NCBI GenBank assembly: GCA_012838425.1
Contig: DUPG01000017.1
Coordinates: 32,343 to 96,342 of the forward strand
Length of the DNA: 64,000 nt
DNA from: Clostridiales bacterium
GTDB taxonomy: Bacteria > Bacillota > Clostridia > Christensenellales > CAG-138
Direction of reading: 5' to 3'
In this document: positions 35,792 to 44,639 of the stretch, piece by piece
How the letters are laid out: every line of letters starts with the position of its first letter
How positions within the stretch are numbered: the stretch's first letter is position 1
Notes under the pieces: model-generated
Databases searched by the model: none
The model's input: only the letters and a program-made list of their open reading frames with translations
Told to the model about the DNA's origin: nothing
Program-made: the position numbers and the translations under genes

Positions 35792-37522
35792 ATGGACTAT
35801 ATGCGAGAGTATGAGCATTGGCGAAGGGTTGTAGAGCCTAATAGCGAGTATTATCAGGAATTACTGGCTATTGAGGGCGACGAGAAGGAAATAGAGGATA
35901 GGTTCTACAAGCAGCTTGAATTCGGCACGGCCGGCTTGCGCGGAATTATGGGCGCAGGCACCAACCGAATGAACGAATATGTAGTAGGGCAGGCAACACA
36001 GGGGCTTGCGGACCTGCTTTCCGATATTCCCGAGGCGTGCGAGCGCGGAGTCGTAATAGGCTATGATTCGCGCAATAAAAGCGAGCAGTTCGCAAAAATT
36101 GCCGCAGGAGTGCTGGCGCAAAACGGAATAAGGGTATATTTATACGAATCACTTAGGACTGTACCTCAGCTCTCATTCGCCATTCGCCATTACAGCTGCA
36201 TTGCGGGCATTATGATAACCGCGAGCCACAATCCGCCTCAATACAACGGCTATAAGGTTTATTGGGAGCATGGCGGACAGTTAGATCCCATGCTTTCTTC
36301 TACTGTTACAAGGAAAATCAACGGTGTAAACATATTCGATGTGCTTTCAATGGACATCGACACAGCAATAAACAAGGGCTTAGTTCAGCTGATAGGCAAG
36401 GAAGTAGATGATACTTACTACTCCTGCACAAAATCGCTTTTACTGCATAAAGAGCTTATAAATTACAACTACAACCCCGTAGATGTGGTATATACGCCCT
36501 TGCATGGCGCGGGGCTTGTGCCGGTGCGGGAGCTGTTGGTGCAAACCAAGCTGTGCAGACTGCATATAGTCAAGGAGCAGGAGGAGCCAAACGGCAATTT
36601 CCCAACAGTTAAAACGCCTAATCCCGAGGATTTCAGCGCATTCGAGTTAGCTGTTAAGTTAGCTGACCAAGTCGGCGCGGACCTCATATTAGCCACGGAC
36701 CCAGACTCCGACCGCTTAGGCGTGGCGGTAAGGGATAACATAGGCAAATTCGTTCACTTAACAGGCAATCAGATAGGCTGCTTGCTTTTGTACTATATTC
36801 TATCGTCCTTGAAAGAGAAAGACGCACTCAACCCCAACGGTATGATAGTAAAGTCCATAGTTTCTACCAAGTTAGCCGATAAAATATGCGAGGATTTCTG
36901 CGTAAAATGCGTTGAGGTGCTGACGGGCTTCAGATTCATTGCCGAAAAGATTGCGGAGAGCGACGATAGCCCCACAAGCGAGTTTATATTCGGCTTCGAG
37001 GAGAGCTATGGTTTTTTGGCAGGCTCATATGTGCGTGATAAGGACGCTATATGCGCTTCAATGCTCATGGTAGAAGCTTTTGCATACTATAAAAGCATTG
37101 GCAAAACGCTTTTTGATGTGCTTAATGAGATGTACGAAAGGTATGGCTATTTCGTTGAAGCTACTAAGTCGTATGAGGTTCAGGGCATTGACGGTATGAA
37201 GCGAATTGCCGATACGATGACTGCATTGCGTAACGAGAGCATGCAGGAAATAGCAGGGCAAAGCATAGTCGCTGTTGAAGATTACAAAGCAGGTAAAAGC
37301 AGGTGTGTAAAAACGGGCAGGGAGAGCGACCTTGTTTTCCCCGAATCTGATGTTATCCGCATAATACTTGAAAACGGCTGGCTCAGTATAAGACCATCAG
37401 GCACCGAGCCCAAGCTGAAGGCGTATTTCGGCATAAGCTCAAAGTCTAAAGAAGAAGCCAAAGCAATATTTGACGCCGTTTTCAATGAGGTTTGCGGCTG
37501 GTTAGACACACACATAGGTTAA
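35792..37522 (+). CDS. phosphoglucomutase/phosphomannomutase family protein
   Basis: TASHNPPQYNGYKV phosphoserine loop. About 575 aa, typical of Firmicute PgcA-type enzymes. Confidence 0.85.
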   Translation: MDYMREYEHWRRVVEPNSEYYQELLAIEGDEKEIEDRFYKQLEFGTAGLRGIMGAGTNRMNEYVVGQATQGLADLLSDIPEACERGVVIGYDSRNKSEQFAKIAAGVLAQNGIRVYLYESLRTVPQLSFAIRHYSCIAGIMITASHNPPQYNGYKVYWEHGGQLDPMLSSTVTRKINGVNIFDVLSMDIDTAINKGLVQLIGKEVDDTYYSCTKSLLLHKELINYNYNPVDVVYTPLHGAGLVPVRELLVQTKLCRLHIVKEQEEPNGNFPTVKTPNPEDFSAFELAVKLADQVGADLILATDPDSDRLGVAVRDNIGKFVHLTGNQIGCLLLYYILSSLKEKDALNPNGMIVKSIVSTKLADKICEDFCVKCVEVLTGFRFIAEKIAESDDSPTSEFIFGFEESYGFLAGSYVRDKDAICASMLMVEAFAYYKSIGKTLFDVLNEMYERYGYFVEATKSYEVQGIDGMKRIADTMTALRNESMQEIAGQSIVAVEDYKAGKSRCVKTGRESDLVFPESDVIRIILENGWLSIRPSGTEPKLKAYFGISSKSKEEAKAIFDAVFNEVCGWLDTHIG

Positions 37523-37607
37523 CCGATAAAGCAAATAATTTAATAAATTGTTGCGTAATGTTAATAATCAGGCTATAATATGCTTATCAAAATATAGAGG
37601 TGGTAAT

Positions 37608-38069
37608 ATGTATTGCAGTTTTTGCGGAAAGAGCCTGCCTGATACGGCAAAGACCTGTAAGCATTGCGGCAGCTTGGTAAAGCCAGTCGCACAGGAAGGC
37701 GAGCAGGAAGCCAAAGCGAGCTATCATTATCAAGAAAATCCCGTGCCGGTTGACGATTCCAATCCTATGCAGAGGCGCGAGCCTGTAATGACATTCTGGC
37801 AGTACCTGCTTACTTTCATTCTCATAAATCTGCCTGTCGTGGGCATGATATTCTTAATAGTATTTATGTTCGACAAGCAAAAGCCCAACCGCGCCAATAT
37901 GTGCAGGGCATATACAGCCTACTTGGTTTTATTCATAGTAGTAGGCGCTATTTTATTAGGAATTTTCCTGTTCATAGTATTGGCAGCCGCAGATGATACC
38001 TTGGCGTCGCTTGTGGATATGATACGCGATCTGCTTGAGAGCTTAAAAACCATTTCCGAAATCAGCTAA
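37608..38069 (+). CDS. zinc-ribbon membrane protein
   Basis: Start taken at MYCSFCGKSLPDTAKTCKHCG (CxxC..CxxC), followed by two TMs. Confidence 0.5.
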   Translation: MYCSFCGKSLPDTAKTCKHCGSLVKPVAQEGEQEAKASYHYQENPVPVDDSNPMQRREPVMTFWQYLLTFILINLPVVGMIFLIVFMFDKQKPNRANMCRAYTAYLVLFIVVGAILLGIFLFIVLAAADDTLASLVDMIRDLLESLKTISEIS

Positions 38070-38107
38070 AACACTTGCGGTATTTCGCGCTGAATCTTTA
38101 TAGAACT

Positions 38108-38127
38108 GGGGGGCACAATACGCCCCC
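38108..38127. terminator. putative bidirectional hairpin between convergent genes
   Basis: GGGGG..CACAATAC..CCCCC. Confidence 0.35.
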
Positions 38128-38170
38128 TATTTAGTATGAAGTATGAGATTATGCTTTCATTCGCCGCAGG

Positions 38171-39655
38171 CTATCTTAACACAACCGCCCATTCTCCGCT
38201 CTTGATGTTTTCGTTAAGCGTGGGATTGCCGGCTAACAGCTCCTTCTTCGTAACATTAAGCCGCTTTGCAAGCTCGTATATGCTTTCGTCGGCGTCGGCG
38301 AAGCACACCACAAAGCCGGTGGGCGCGGTGCTTTCCTCTTGTACCCGGTTTGCGCCTGTTACTACCTCGGTGTTCATAAGCTCAAACACCGTCGCGCATA
38401 GGTTCAGAGTATAGCTCACATCTATTGACGACTTTGTGAAGCCCGATACTGTGGCGTTCAGGCAAACCACCTTCGCGTCTAACTCAACATTTTCATAGGG
38501 TGTTAAAAGCTCAATCGTGAAGGGCATTTCGTCTATGCTCGACTTTATCCTGTTGTTCTCGTCGCGATACATTACTGTTATATTTGAAATGCCGTCAACT
38601 ATAACTCCTTTGTCGCTCTTTGTCGCTCCTGTTATTATTGGGCGCACAGAGGCGTATATGGGGCGTGATACATCGCCTGCGTCAATATTTACGGTTTCGC
38701 GGAACATTGCCTTCTGCTCGGCAGTACCCTTGCACAATAACAGCTGAACAGGCGTTTTCTCGCACTCAAAGGGATTCTTTGGATCGTACGCGTCAACAAC
38801 TATTGCCCCGCGTTCGTTGCTTTGGCTGAACAGGCTTATTTTTAACTGCGCTTCTACCGTAACAAGCCCGAATTCCGAGCCCATTTCGCGCGCAGATATT
38901 TTCAGAGTGTCTATTCTGCCTGTAAGCGTAGGCTCGTTTACCTCCGATTCAAGCTCTATATCCACAGCAAAGGGGATATTCTGCGCGGTTTGCGAAAAGT
39001 CCAAGTCTGCGTTCTGGCTCAATATGGATATGCTTAGTATCCCGTCAACGCGGATAGAATCGCCCATAAGCTGCATATCGCGAATTATAGCCGCGCCCTC
39101 GCTGTTCACTATGCGCATTGCGTCCTGCGCTATTACCTCTTCACGCAGGCGTACAGTCTGCTCGCCCACAGGCTTCATATTGCAATACTCATATGAAACG
39201 CATTTCTGCTCCATATTGTCCTGCTGCCCTAACACTTGGCGCTTTGAGTTATCCTCCAAGCGACATTGAATATCCGCCACAGCGTCAAGATTTATTGCAT
39301 TGTCGCCCAATGTAGTGTTGAAGGATATGAGCTCCGCATGAATTACAGCCTTCATATTAGGTTTTGCGCCATTATGCTCAAAGCTGTGCTTAAATTGCGC
39401 CACAGAATCGAACGAAAACAGCTCATCATCAGAGCATATGCAGTGTACGCGGATATTCCCCTCAAGCTGAATCCGATTTTCAGCAACTTCAACATTCGTG
39501 GTTTCTATGCTGCCCGTTGCGGCTAACAGCCTGTTGGCAGTTCTATCATTAGGCAGGGGTATGCTTCCGTTTATTTGCGCCTGCGATGCGCTATGCCCCG
39601 CCTGCGCGTTTATGGCAACAGTCGGCAAACTAATTTCATTGAACCTGTATTCCAT
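38171..39655 (-). CDS. DUF3794/SPOCS-domain protein with C-terminal LysM (SipL/SpoVID-like spore-coat morphogenetic protein)
   Basis: Start taken at MEYRFNEISLP (GGAGGT RBS). Repeated beta-rich DUF3794-like segments. The C-terminus ESIYELAKRLNVTKKELLAGNP is LysM. Confidence 0.55.
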   Translation of the reverse strand: MEYRFNEISLPTVAINAQAGHSASQAQINGSIPLPNDRTANRLLAATGSIETTNVEVAENRIQLEGNIRVHCICSDDELFSFDSVAQFKHSFEHNGAKPNMKAVIHAELISFNTTLGDNAINLDAVADIQCRLEDNSKRQVLGQQDNMEQKCVSYEYCNMKPVGEQTVRLREEVIAQDAMRIVNSEGAAIIRDMQLMGDSIRVDGILSISILSQNADLDFSQTAQNIPFAVDIELESEVNEPTLTGRIDTLKISAREMGSEFGLVTVEAQLKISLFSQSNERGAIVVDAYDPKNPFECEKTPVQLLLCKGTAEQKAMFRETVNIDAGDVSRPIYASVRPIITGATKSDKGVIVDGISNITVMYRDENNRIKSSIDEMPFTIELLTPYENVELDAKVVCLNATVSGFTKSSIDVSYTLNLCATVFELMNTEVVTGANRVQEESTAPTGFVVCFADADESIYELAKRLNVTKKELLAGNPTLNENIKSGEWAVVLR

Positions 39656-39818
39656 ATATACCTCCGGCATAAGCCTTTTTTGAATATTTATGCATATGAT
39701 TTTCGTTTTATTACAAGCGGCGTTCTCCAAAATACGCTTATTTTCGACTTTTTTCGAGCACATTCTAAAATGTGAAAATATATAATGTTAGCATATTCCT
39801 ATGCGCTTTGGTGCGAAG

Positions 39819-39883
39819 TTATCCACATTATCCACATGGTTATCCATATTTTTAGGAAAAATGGGCTGTTTTCATGTGGATAA
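39819..39883. promoter_or_regulatory. cluster of four DnaA boxes
   Basis: TTATCCACA (39819-27), TTATCCACA (39828-36), TTATCCATA (39840-48) and an inverted TGTGGATAA (39875-83). An AT-rich tract follows. Confidence 0.7.
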
Positions 39884-39969
39884 GTTTTTGAAAAGATATT
39901 AAATGAAAATAATTTTTGTGTATTATTATACAAGCTCTCAAAAGTGCTTTATTAAGCATACATTTTCGC

Positions 39970-39998
39970 TTGCAGGTGCGCAAAATTTGTAGTATAGT
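39970..39998 (+). promoter_or_regulatory. candidate sigma-A promoter of the SCIFF operon
   Basis: TTGCAG, 17-nt spacer, TATAGT. Confidence 0.5.
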
Positions 39999-40027
39999 AG
40001 TTTCAAAATAAATAAGGAGAGCAATTT

Positions 40028-40171
40028 ATGAAGCATATTAAGACAATCAATACACCCGGCATTAAGAACACAAAGGTTTCCGGCTGCGGTGAATGTCAGT
40101 CTTCTTGTCAGTCCGCGTGCAAGACTTCATGCACAGTTGCTAATCAAACCTGCAAGCAGGAAAATAAATAA
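40028..40171 (+). CDS. six-cysteine ranthipeptide precursor (SCIFF family)
   Basis: 47 aa: MKHIKTINTPGIKNTKVSGCGECQSSCQSACKTSCTVANQTCKQENK. GGAG RBS. Not in the ORF track because it is shorter than 60 aa. Confidence 0.85.
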   Translation: MKHIKTINTPGIKNTKVSGCGECQSSCQSACKTSCTVANQTCKQENK

Positions 40172-40192
40172 TCGCTGATTAGTCGAAATTTG

Positions 40193-40226
40193 TAAGCCAT
40201 GCAGGCTTATATTCTGCGTGGCTTTT
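40193..40226 (+). terminator. intercistronic hairpin / partial terminator between precursor and maturase
   Basis: 11-bp stem AAGCCATGCAG/CTGCGTGGCTT (one G-U pair), 9-nt loop, then a T5 run. Confidence 0.55.
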
Positions 40227-40260
40227 TAAGACTGCTTTTTTGAGAAATACGGAGAAAGCC

Positions 40261-41586
40261 TTGATTCACACTTTTAAGTTTTTAGACAGCTATATATTGA
40301 CAGATGTTGAGAGCGGAAGCATACATTTGATAGACGCCGCAGCATATGAGGTTATAAATTCGCCCATGCCCTATGCTTTGGGGTATGATAAAGCGCTTGT
40401 TGACGAGATATTATCAGAGCTTAGCCACCTAAAAGCACTTGGGCAGTACGACTCTGAATCTGAGCATATTGAGCTTGACTACGATGTCGATAAACAGCCG
40501 ATAAAGTCGCTTTGCCTGCATGTCGCGCATGACTGCAACCTGCGCTGCAGGTATTGCTTTGCCGGCACAGGGGAGTTCGAGGGCGAGCGTATGCTGATGG
40601 GCGAGCAGACAGCAAAGCAGGCTATTGACTTTCTTATAGCAAACTCAAGGAACCGCAGGCACTTGGAGCTTGACTTTTTCGGCGGCGAGCCTCTGATGAA
40701 TTTCGATGTCGTGAAAAAAACAGTCGAGTACGGCAGAGAAAGGGCGAAGCAGGCAGGCAAAGAGATAAATTTCACTCTCACAACAAACGGCATAAACCTG
40801 AACGATGAGATTATAGACTACATAAACGAAAACATATTCAATATAGTAATTAGCATTGACGGCAGGCGCGAGGTGCACGACTTCATGCGCTCTACAGTAA
40901 ATGGCAAGCCTTCATATGACTTGATTCTTGATAAAGCGAAGAAACTAATATCAAAGCGCAAGGGCGAATACTATATTCGCGGCACATTTACGGCGAACAA
41001 CTTGGATTTCGCTTCCGATGTGCTTGCATTGTATAACGCAGGCTTCAAGAATATTTCGATAGAACCGGTTGTGCTTGACGAGAATGAGCCATACGCGCTT
41101 ACAAAGGAGCATTTGCCGAAAATTTTTGAGGAATACGAGCGTTTAAGCGAAATGATAATTGCCGATAAATTGGCAGGCGGCGATTTGAACTTCTTTCATT
41201 TTTCGGTTGACTTTTCGCATGGTCCCTGCCTTAAACGCAGGATAAAGGGCTGCGGCGCGGGCTTTGAGTATGTGGCTGTTGCACCGAATGGCGATATATA
41301 CCCCTGCCACCAGTTCGTAGGCAATAGCGAGTTTATTATGGGCAATGTCGCCGAGCCGTATAATTTCGACCGCGAAATGCAGAAAAGCTTTATGAAGTGC
41401 AATATTTTGACCAAGCAGAAATGCATTGACTGCTTTGCGAAATACTATTGCAGCGGGGGCTGTGCGGCGAATGCCAACAAGTACAACGGTTCAATATATA
41501 TACCGCATGAGATGACCTGCGAGCTTTTGAAAAAGCGAATAGAATGCGCTATGGGAATATACGCAAAAACGAGAGCAGAGGAGTAA
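40261..41586 (+). CDS. SCIFF radical SAM / SPASM maturase (thioether cross-link-forming)
   Basis: The track ORF starts at 40240. A TTG at 40261 with a GGAG RBS gives MIHTFKF. CNLRCRYC radical-SAM triad and a C-terminal SPASM Cys cluster (CGAG..YPCHQF..CIDCFAKYYCSGGC). Confidence 0.85.
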   Translation: MIHTFKFLDSYILTDVESGSIHLIDAAAYEVINSPMPYALGYDKALVDEILSELSHLKALGQYDSESEHIELDYDVDKQPIKSLCLHVAHDCNLRCRYCFAGTGEFEGERMLMGEQTAKQAIDFLIANSRNRRHLELDFFGGEPLMNFDVVKKTVEYGRERAKQAGKEINFTLTTNGINLNDEIIDYINENIFNIVISIDGRREVHDFMRSTVNGKPSYDLILDKAKKLISKRKGEYYIRGTFTANNLDFASDVLALYNAGFKNISIEPVVLDENEPYALTKEHLPKIFEEYERLSEMIIADKLAGGDLNFFHFSVDFSHGPCLKRRIKGCGAGFEYVAVAPNGDIYPCHQFVGNSEFIMGNVAEPYNFDREMQKSFMKCNILTKQKCIDCFAKYYCSGGCAANANKYNGSIYIPHEMTCELLKKRIECAMGIYAKTRAEE

Positions 41587-41587
41587 T

Positions 41588-44056
41588 ATGGTTCGTTTTG
41601 AGCTTCGTAACCCGAATATACAAGACATTGATAAAATAGCGCGGGCATTGAGCGCTGAAACGGGGCTTTCATTAGCTATGGCGCGCTTGCTTTGCCTGCG
41701 AAAAATCACGACGGAAGCAGAGGCGGAGGCGTTTTTCAACCCATCCATAAGCCAGCTTGAGGACCCCTACACAATGCTTGATATGGAAAAGGCGGTTGAG
41801 CGCATAAAGCAGGCCATAGCAAGCAATGAAAAAATCTGCATATTCGGAGATTACGACGCAGACGGTATATGCGCAACAGCTATGCTGTATATGTATTTAA
41901 GCTATATAGGCGCAAATGTGTGCTACTACATTCCTTCGCGTCATTCAGAAGGCTATGGAATGAATATAGAAGCCATAGATAAGCTATATTCGCAGAATGT
42001 CAAGCTCATAATCACTGTTGACAACGGTATATCCGCCAACAACGAGGTCGCGCACGCAAAAGCGCTGGGGCTTGACTGCATAATAACCGACCATCACACA
42101 AGCTCAGGCGAAATTCCCGATTGCGTGGCTGTGCTGTGCAATACGCGCCCTGACAACACATATAAGAATACAAGCCTATGCGGCGCCGGCATTGCGTTAA
42201 AGCTGATACAGGCAATGGGCGGAATAAACGCCGCCATGCACTTTTTGCCCTTTGCGGGGCTTGCGACGGTTGCTGATATAGTAGAGCTGTCGCCCGAGAA
42301 CCGCGCTATTGTGTCTATAGCTCTGTCAATTATGAATTCGCCCGAATGCCCCATAGGCGTATCAGCCTTGGCGGAGGTAGCACGCATAACTAATAAGACG
42401 ATTACCGAGCGCGACCTGGGCTTTGCGCTGGCTCCACGCCTAAACGCTTCGGGCAGAATGGACACAGCCGAGATAGGTGTAAAGCTTTTATGCTCAACCT
42501 CAATGGAGGAGGCATTAGACTACGCAAATACGCTTAATGACTTAAACGAAGCGCGTAGAGCCGAAGAAGCGGGCATATTAAAGAGTGCTTTGGATATGCT
42601 TTCAAAGCAGGATATAAACAGTATGCGCGCTATCATACTGAAATCTGAGGAATGGAATCCCGGTATAATAGGCATAGCGGCTTCAAAGCTGTGCGAGATA
42701 TACTACAAGCCCACCATACTGTTTGCTCAGCAGGGCGAAACGCTTACGGGCTCCGTACGCTCAATTCCCGAGATAAACATATATGAGGTGCTGGCGAAGC
42801 ATTCCGATATGTACCTGCATTTCGGCGGACACAAAAAAGCCGCGGGGCTTACAATGCCGGCTGAGAGGTTTGAAGAGTTTTACGATGCAATAAATTCACA
42901 GCTGAAAACCAACTTTTCGCCCAACACATTCATTCCCAAGAAGTTCTATGACTTCGCCGCGGATTTTTCCGAAATCACACCGGCATTTGTGAATATGCTT
43001 GAACGCTTGGCTCCGTTCGGCGAGGGCAATCCGCATCCGGTGCTTCTTACAGAGGGCTGCAGCTTGCACTCAATGCGCAAAATTGGTGCGGAAGCCAACC
43101 ATTTAAGCGGCAGGCTTTTTTCAAACAATATAGAGCTTGATTTCGTTGCGTTTGAAAAGGCGCACAGGTTTTCGGAGCTTATTTCGTACGATAAGCTGCA
43201 GGTGCTATATACTCCCACGCTTAATGTATGGAACGGCACTACAAAACTGCAGTTAAAGGTAATCGAGTTCAACCAAAGCGAGCTGGAGAATCCCGTTCAT
43301 TATTTCAACAAATCAAAATCAAAGTTTTATGGCGCGTTCCTCTCTACTAAGAAGTACAACAAGATTGAAACCGCAGCTGTCAGCGAAAACATATTGTATC
43401 AGAACCCTTTATTAGCGATTACGGAGGCGTTTTCAAGCTCCGGCGAGGGTACTTTGGTGCTTGTAAACACCCATGCAGGCGCAATAGACCTATACGAGAA
43501 GTTAAAAGCCGCAAAGCTCATTGATTATGACCTGTTCTTCAATAACTTAGTTAAGAGGCCCTGCAATTACAATGCTGTTATATGCGCGCCCATGCTGGAT
43601 ATGGTATTGGAGTGGCTGCCCTATTACAGCAATGTGATTATTTACGATACACCAATAGACAGGGGCTTTGTGAATACGGTATTTTCAAGGCTTAATGAAA
43701 GGGCAAAGCTGATACTTCCTAAAAAAGCCGATTTCAGCATAAAAGAGTATGCAGACAGGGCGAAAAGCATTATAGACCACAAGATGATGGGCAGGATATT
43801 CAAAGAGTTTAACTCAATGTGCGCTAATATGGCTACTCATGTGAAGAACTTGGTCGAGAACACCGCCGCAGCTTTAGCATTGAACGAAGCCGATTGCTTG
43901 CTTGCGCTGAATATTTTTATAGAGTTAAAGCTGTATGTGCTTGATAAAAACGGCTATTGCTTCATGCAGAAGCGCGAAACGAATGAGAAAATAAAGCTAA
44001 GCGATTCTTCACTGTACCGCGCTATACTCTCTGCTGAAAACGACGAATTGCTATGA
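41588..44056 (+). CDS. recJ: single-stranded-DNA-specific exonuclease RecJ
   Basis: 822 aa. DHH motifs (GDYDADGI, ITVDNG, ITDHH), a DHHA1 domain and a long C-terminal extension. Starts 2 nt after the maturase stop. Confidence 0.9.
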   Translation: MVRFELRNPNIQDIDKIARALSAETGLSLAMARLLCLRKITTEAEAEAFFNPSISQLEDPYTMLDMEKAVERIKQAIASNEKICIFGDYDADGICATAMLYMYLSYIGANVCYYIPSRHSEGYGMNIEAIDKLYSQNVKLIITVDNGISANNEVAHAKALGLDCIITDHHTSSGEIPDCVAVLCNTRPDNTYKNTSLCGAGIALKLIQAMGGINAAMHFLPFAGLATVADIVELSPENRAIVSIALSIMNSPECPIGVSALAEVARITNKTITERDLGFALAPRLNASGRMDTAEIGVKLLCSTSMEEALDYANTLNDLNEARRAEEAGILKSALDMLSKQDINSMRAIILKSEEWNPGIIGIAASKLCEIYYKPTILFAQQGETLTGSVRSIPEINIYEVLAKHSDMYLHFGGHKKAAGLTMPAERFEEFYDAINSQLKTNFSPNTFIPKKFYDFAADFSEITPAFVNMLERLAPFGEGNPHPVLLTEGCSLHSMRKIGAEANHLSGRLFSNNIELDFVAFEKAHRFSELISYDKLQVLYTPTLNVWNGTTKLQLKVIEFNQSELENPVHYFNKSKSKFYGAFLSTKKYNKIETAAVSENILYQNPLLAITEAFSSSGEGTLVLVNTHAGAIDLYEKLKAAKLIDYDLFFNNLVKRPCNYNAVICAPMLDMVLEWLPYYSNVIIYDTPIDRGFVNTVFSRLNERAKLILPKKADFSIKEYADRAKSIIDHKMMGRIFKEFNSMCANMATHVKNLVENTAAALALNEADCLLALNIFIELKLYVLDKNGYCFMQKRETNEKIKLSDSSLYRAILSAENDELL

Positions 44057-44194
44057 GGTTTTGTGGTACTGATTTGCAAAAGTTGAATTTTGTCGAATAT
44101 GCACTAAGATTAGCATACGCGCCAAAATATACTGTACTTTATACTTGTAAGGTTGTATGATATTTGCGTTATGTATAACGGGATAGGAGAGAAA

Positions 44195-44581
44195 ATGAAA
44201 AAGGTTTTTGTATACCTTGCATTCTCTTTTGGCGTAGTCGGCTTGCTATGCTTTGCTTCGAGCTTGCTTTTCAGCAACAGCGATACGCAAGCGCAGGTTT
44301 TCAGCGAGGAGGAGATTATATCCGCCGCAAAGAACGCCTCTGCGCTATATATAAGCAATACTTCAAAGGCCGGTATGACTGTTTCGTCATTTGACGATAC
44401 TATTATAGTGGTAGAGAAAGCAGGCAAGTATTATTCGTTCAAATATACGAACGGCATATTAGAAGCAGGCGATGTTTACGAGCATATACCAAAAACCATA
44501 AACGGCCTTGTTATTGATAAGAATGTAAAACACTTGAATAATATCCCCAGCAATATCTATATATTCATTCCTAAGGGCTGA
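44195..44581 (+). CDS. secreted or membrane-anchored protein, one copy of the unassigned ~60-aa module
   Basis: Start taken at MKKVFVYLAF (GGAGAG RBS). Module reads DDTIIVVEKAGKYYSFKYTNGILEAGDVY...HLNNIPSNIYIFIP. Confidence 0.65.
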   Translation: MKKVFVYLAFSFGVVGLLCFASSLLFSNSDTQAQVFSEEEIISAAKNASALYISNTSKAGMTVSSFDDTIIVVEKAGKYYSFKYTNGILEAGDVYEHIPKTINGLVIDKNVKHLNNIPSNIYIFIPKG

Positions 44582-44639
44582 TTGCTTTACGCCCTTATAA
44601 TAATGTATAATAATTCATATCTTTTTTTAAGGAGATAGT

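Noticed and set aside
39800-39970. Calling this DnaA-box cluster the chromosomal origin (oriC).
   Set aside because: No dnaA, dnaN or rpmH gene is nearby, and gene orientation does not switch around it. I cannot compute GC skew here. It is kept as a DnaA-box cluster of unknown role rather than called oriC.
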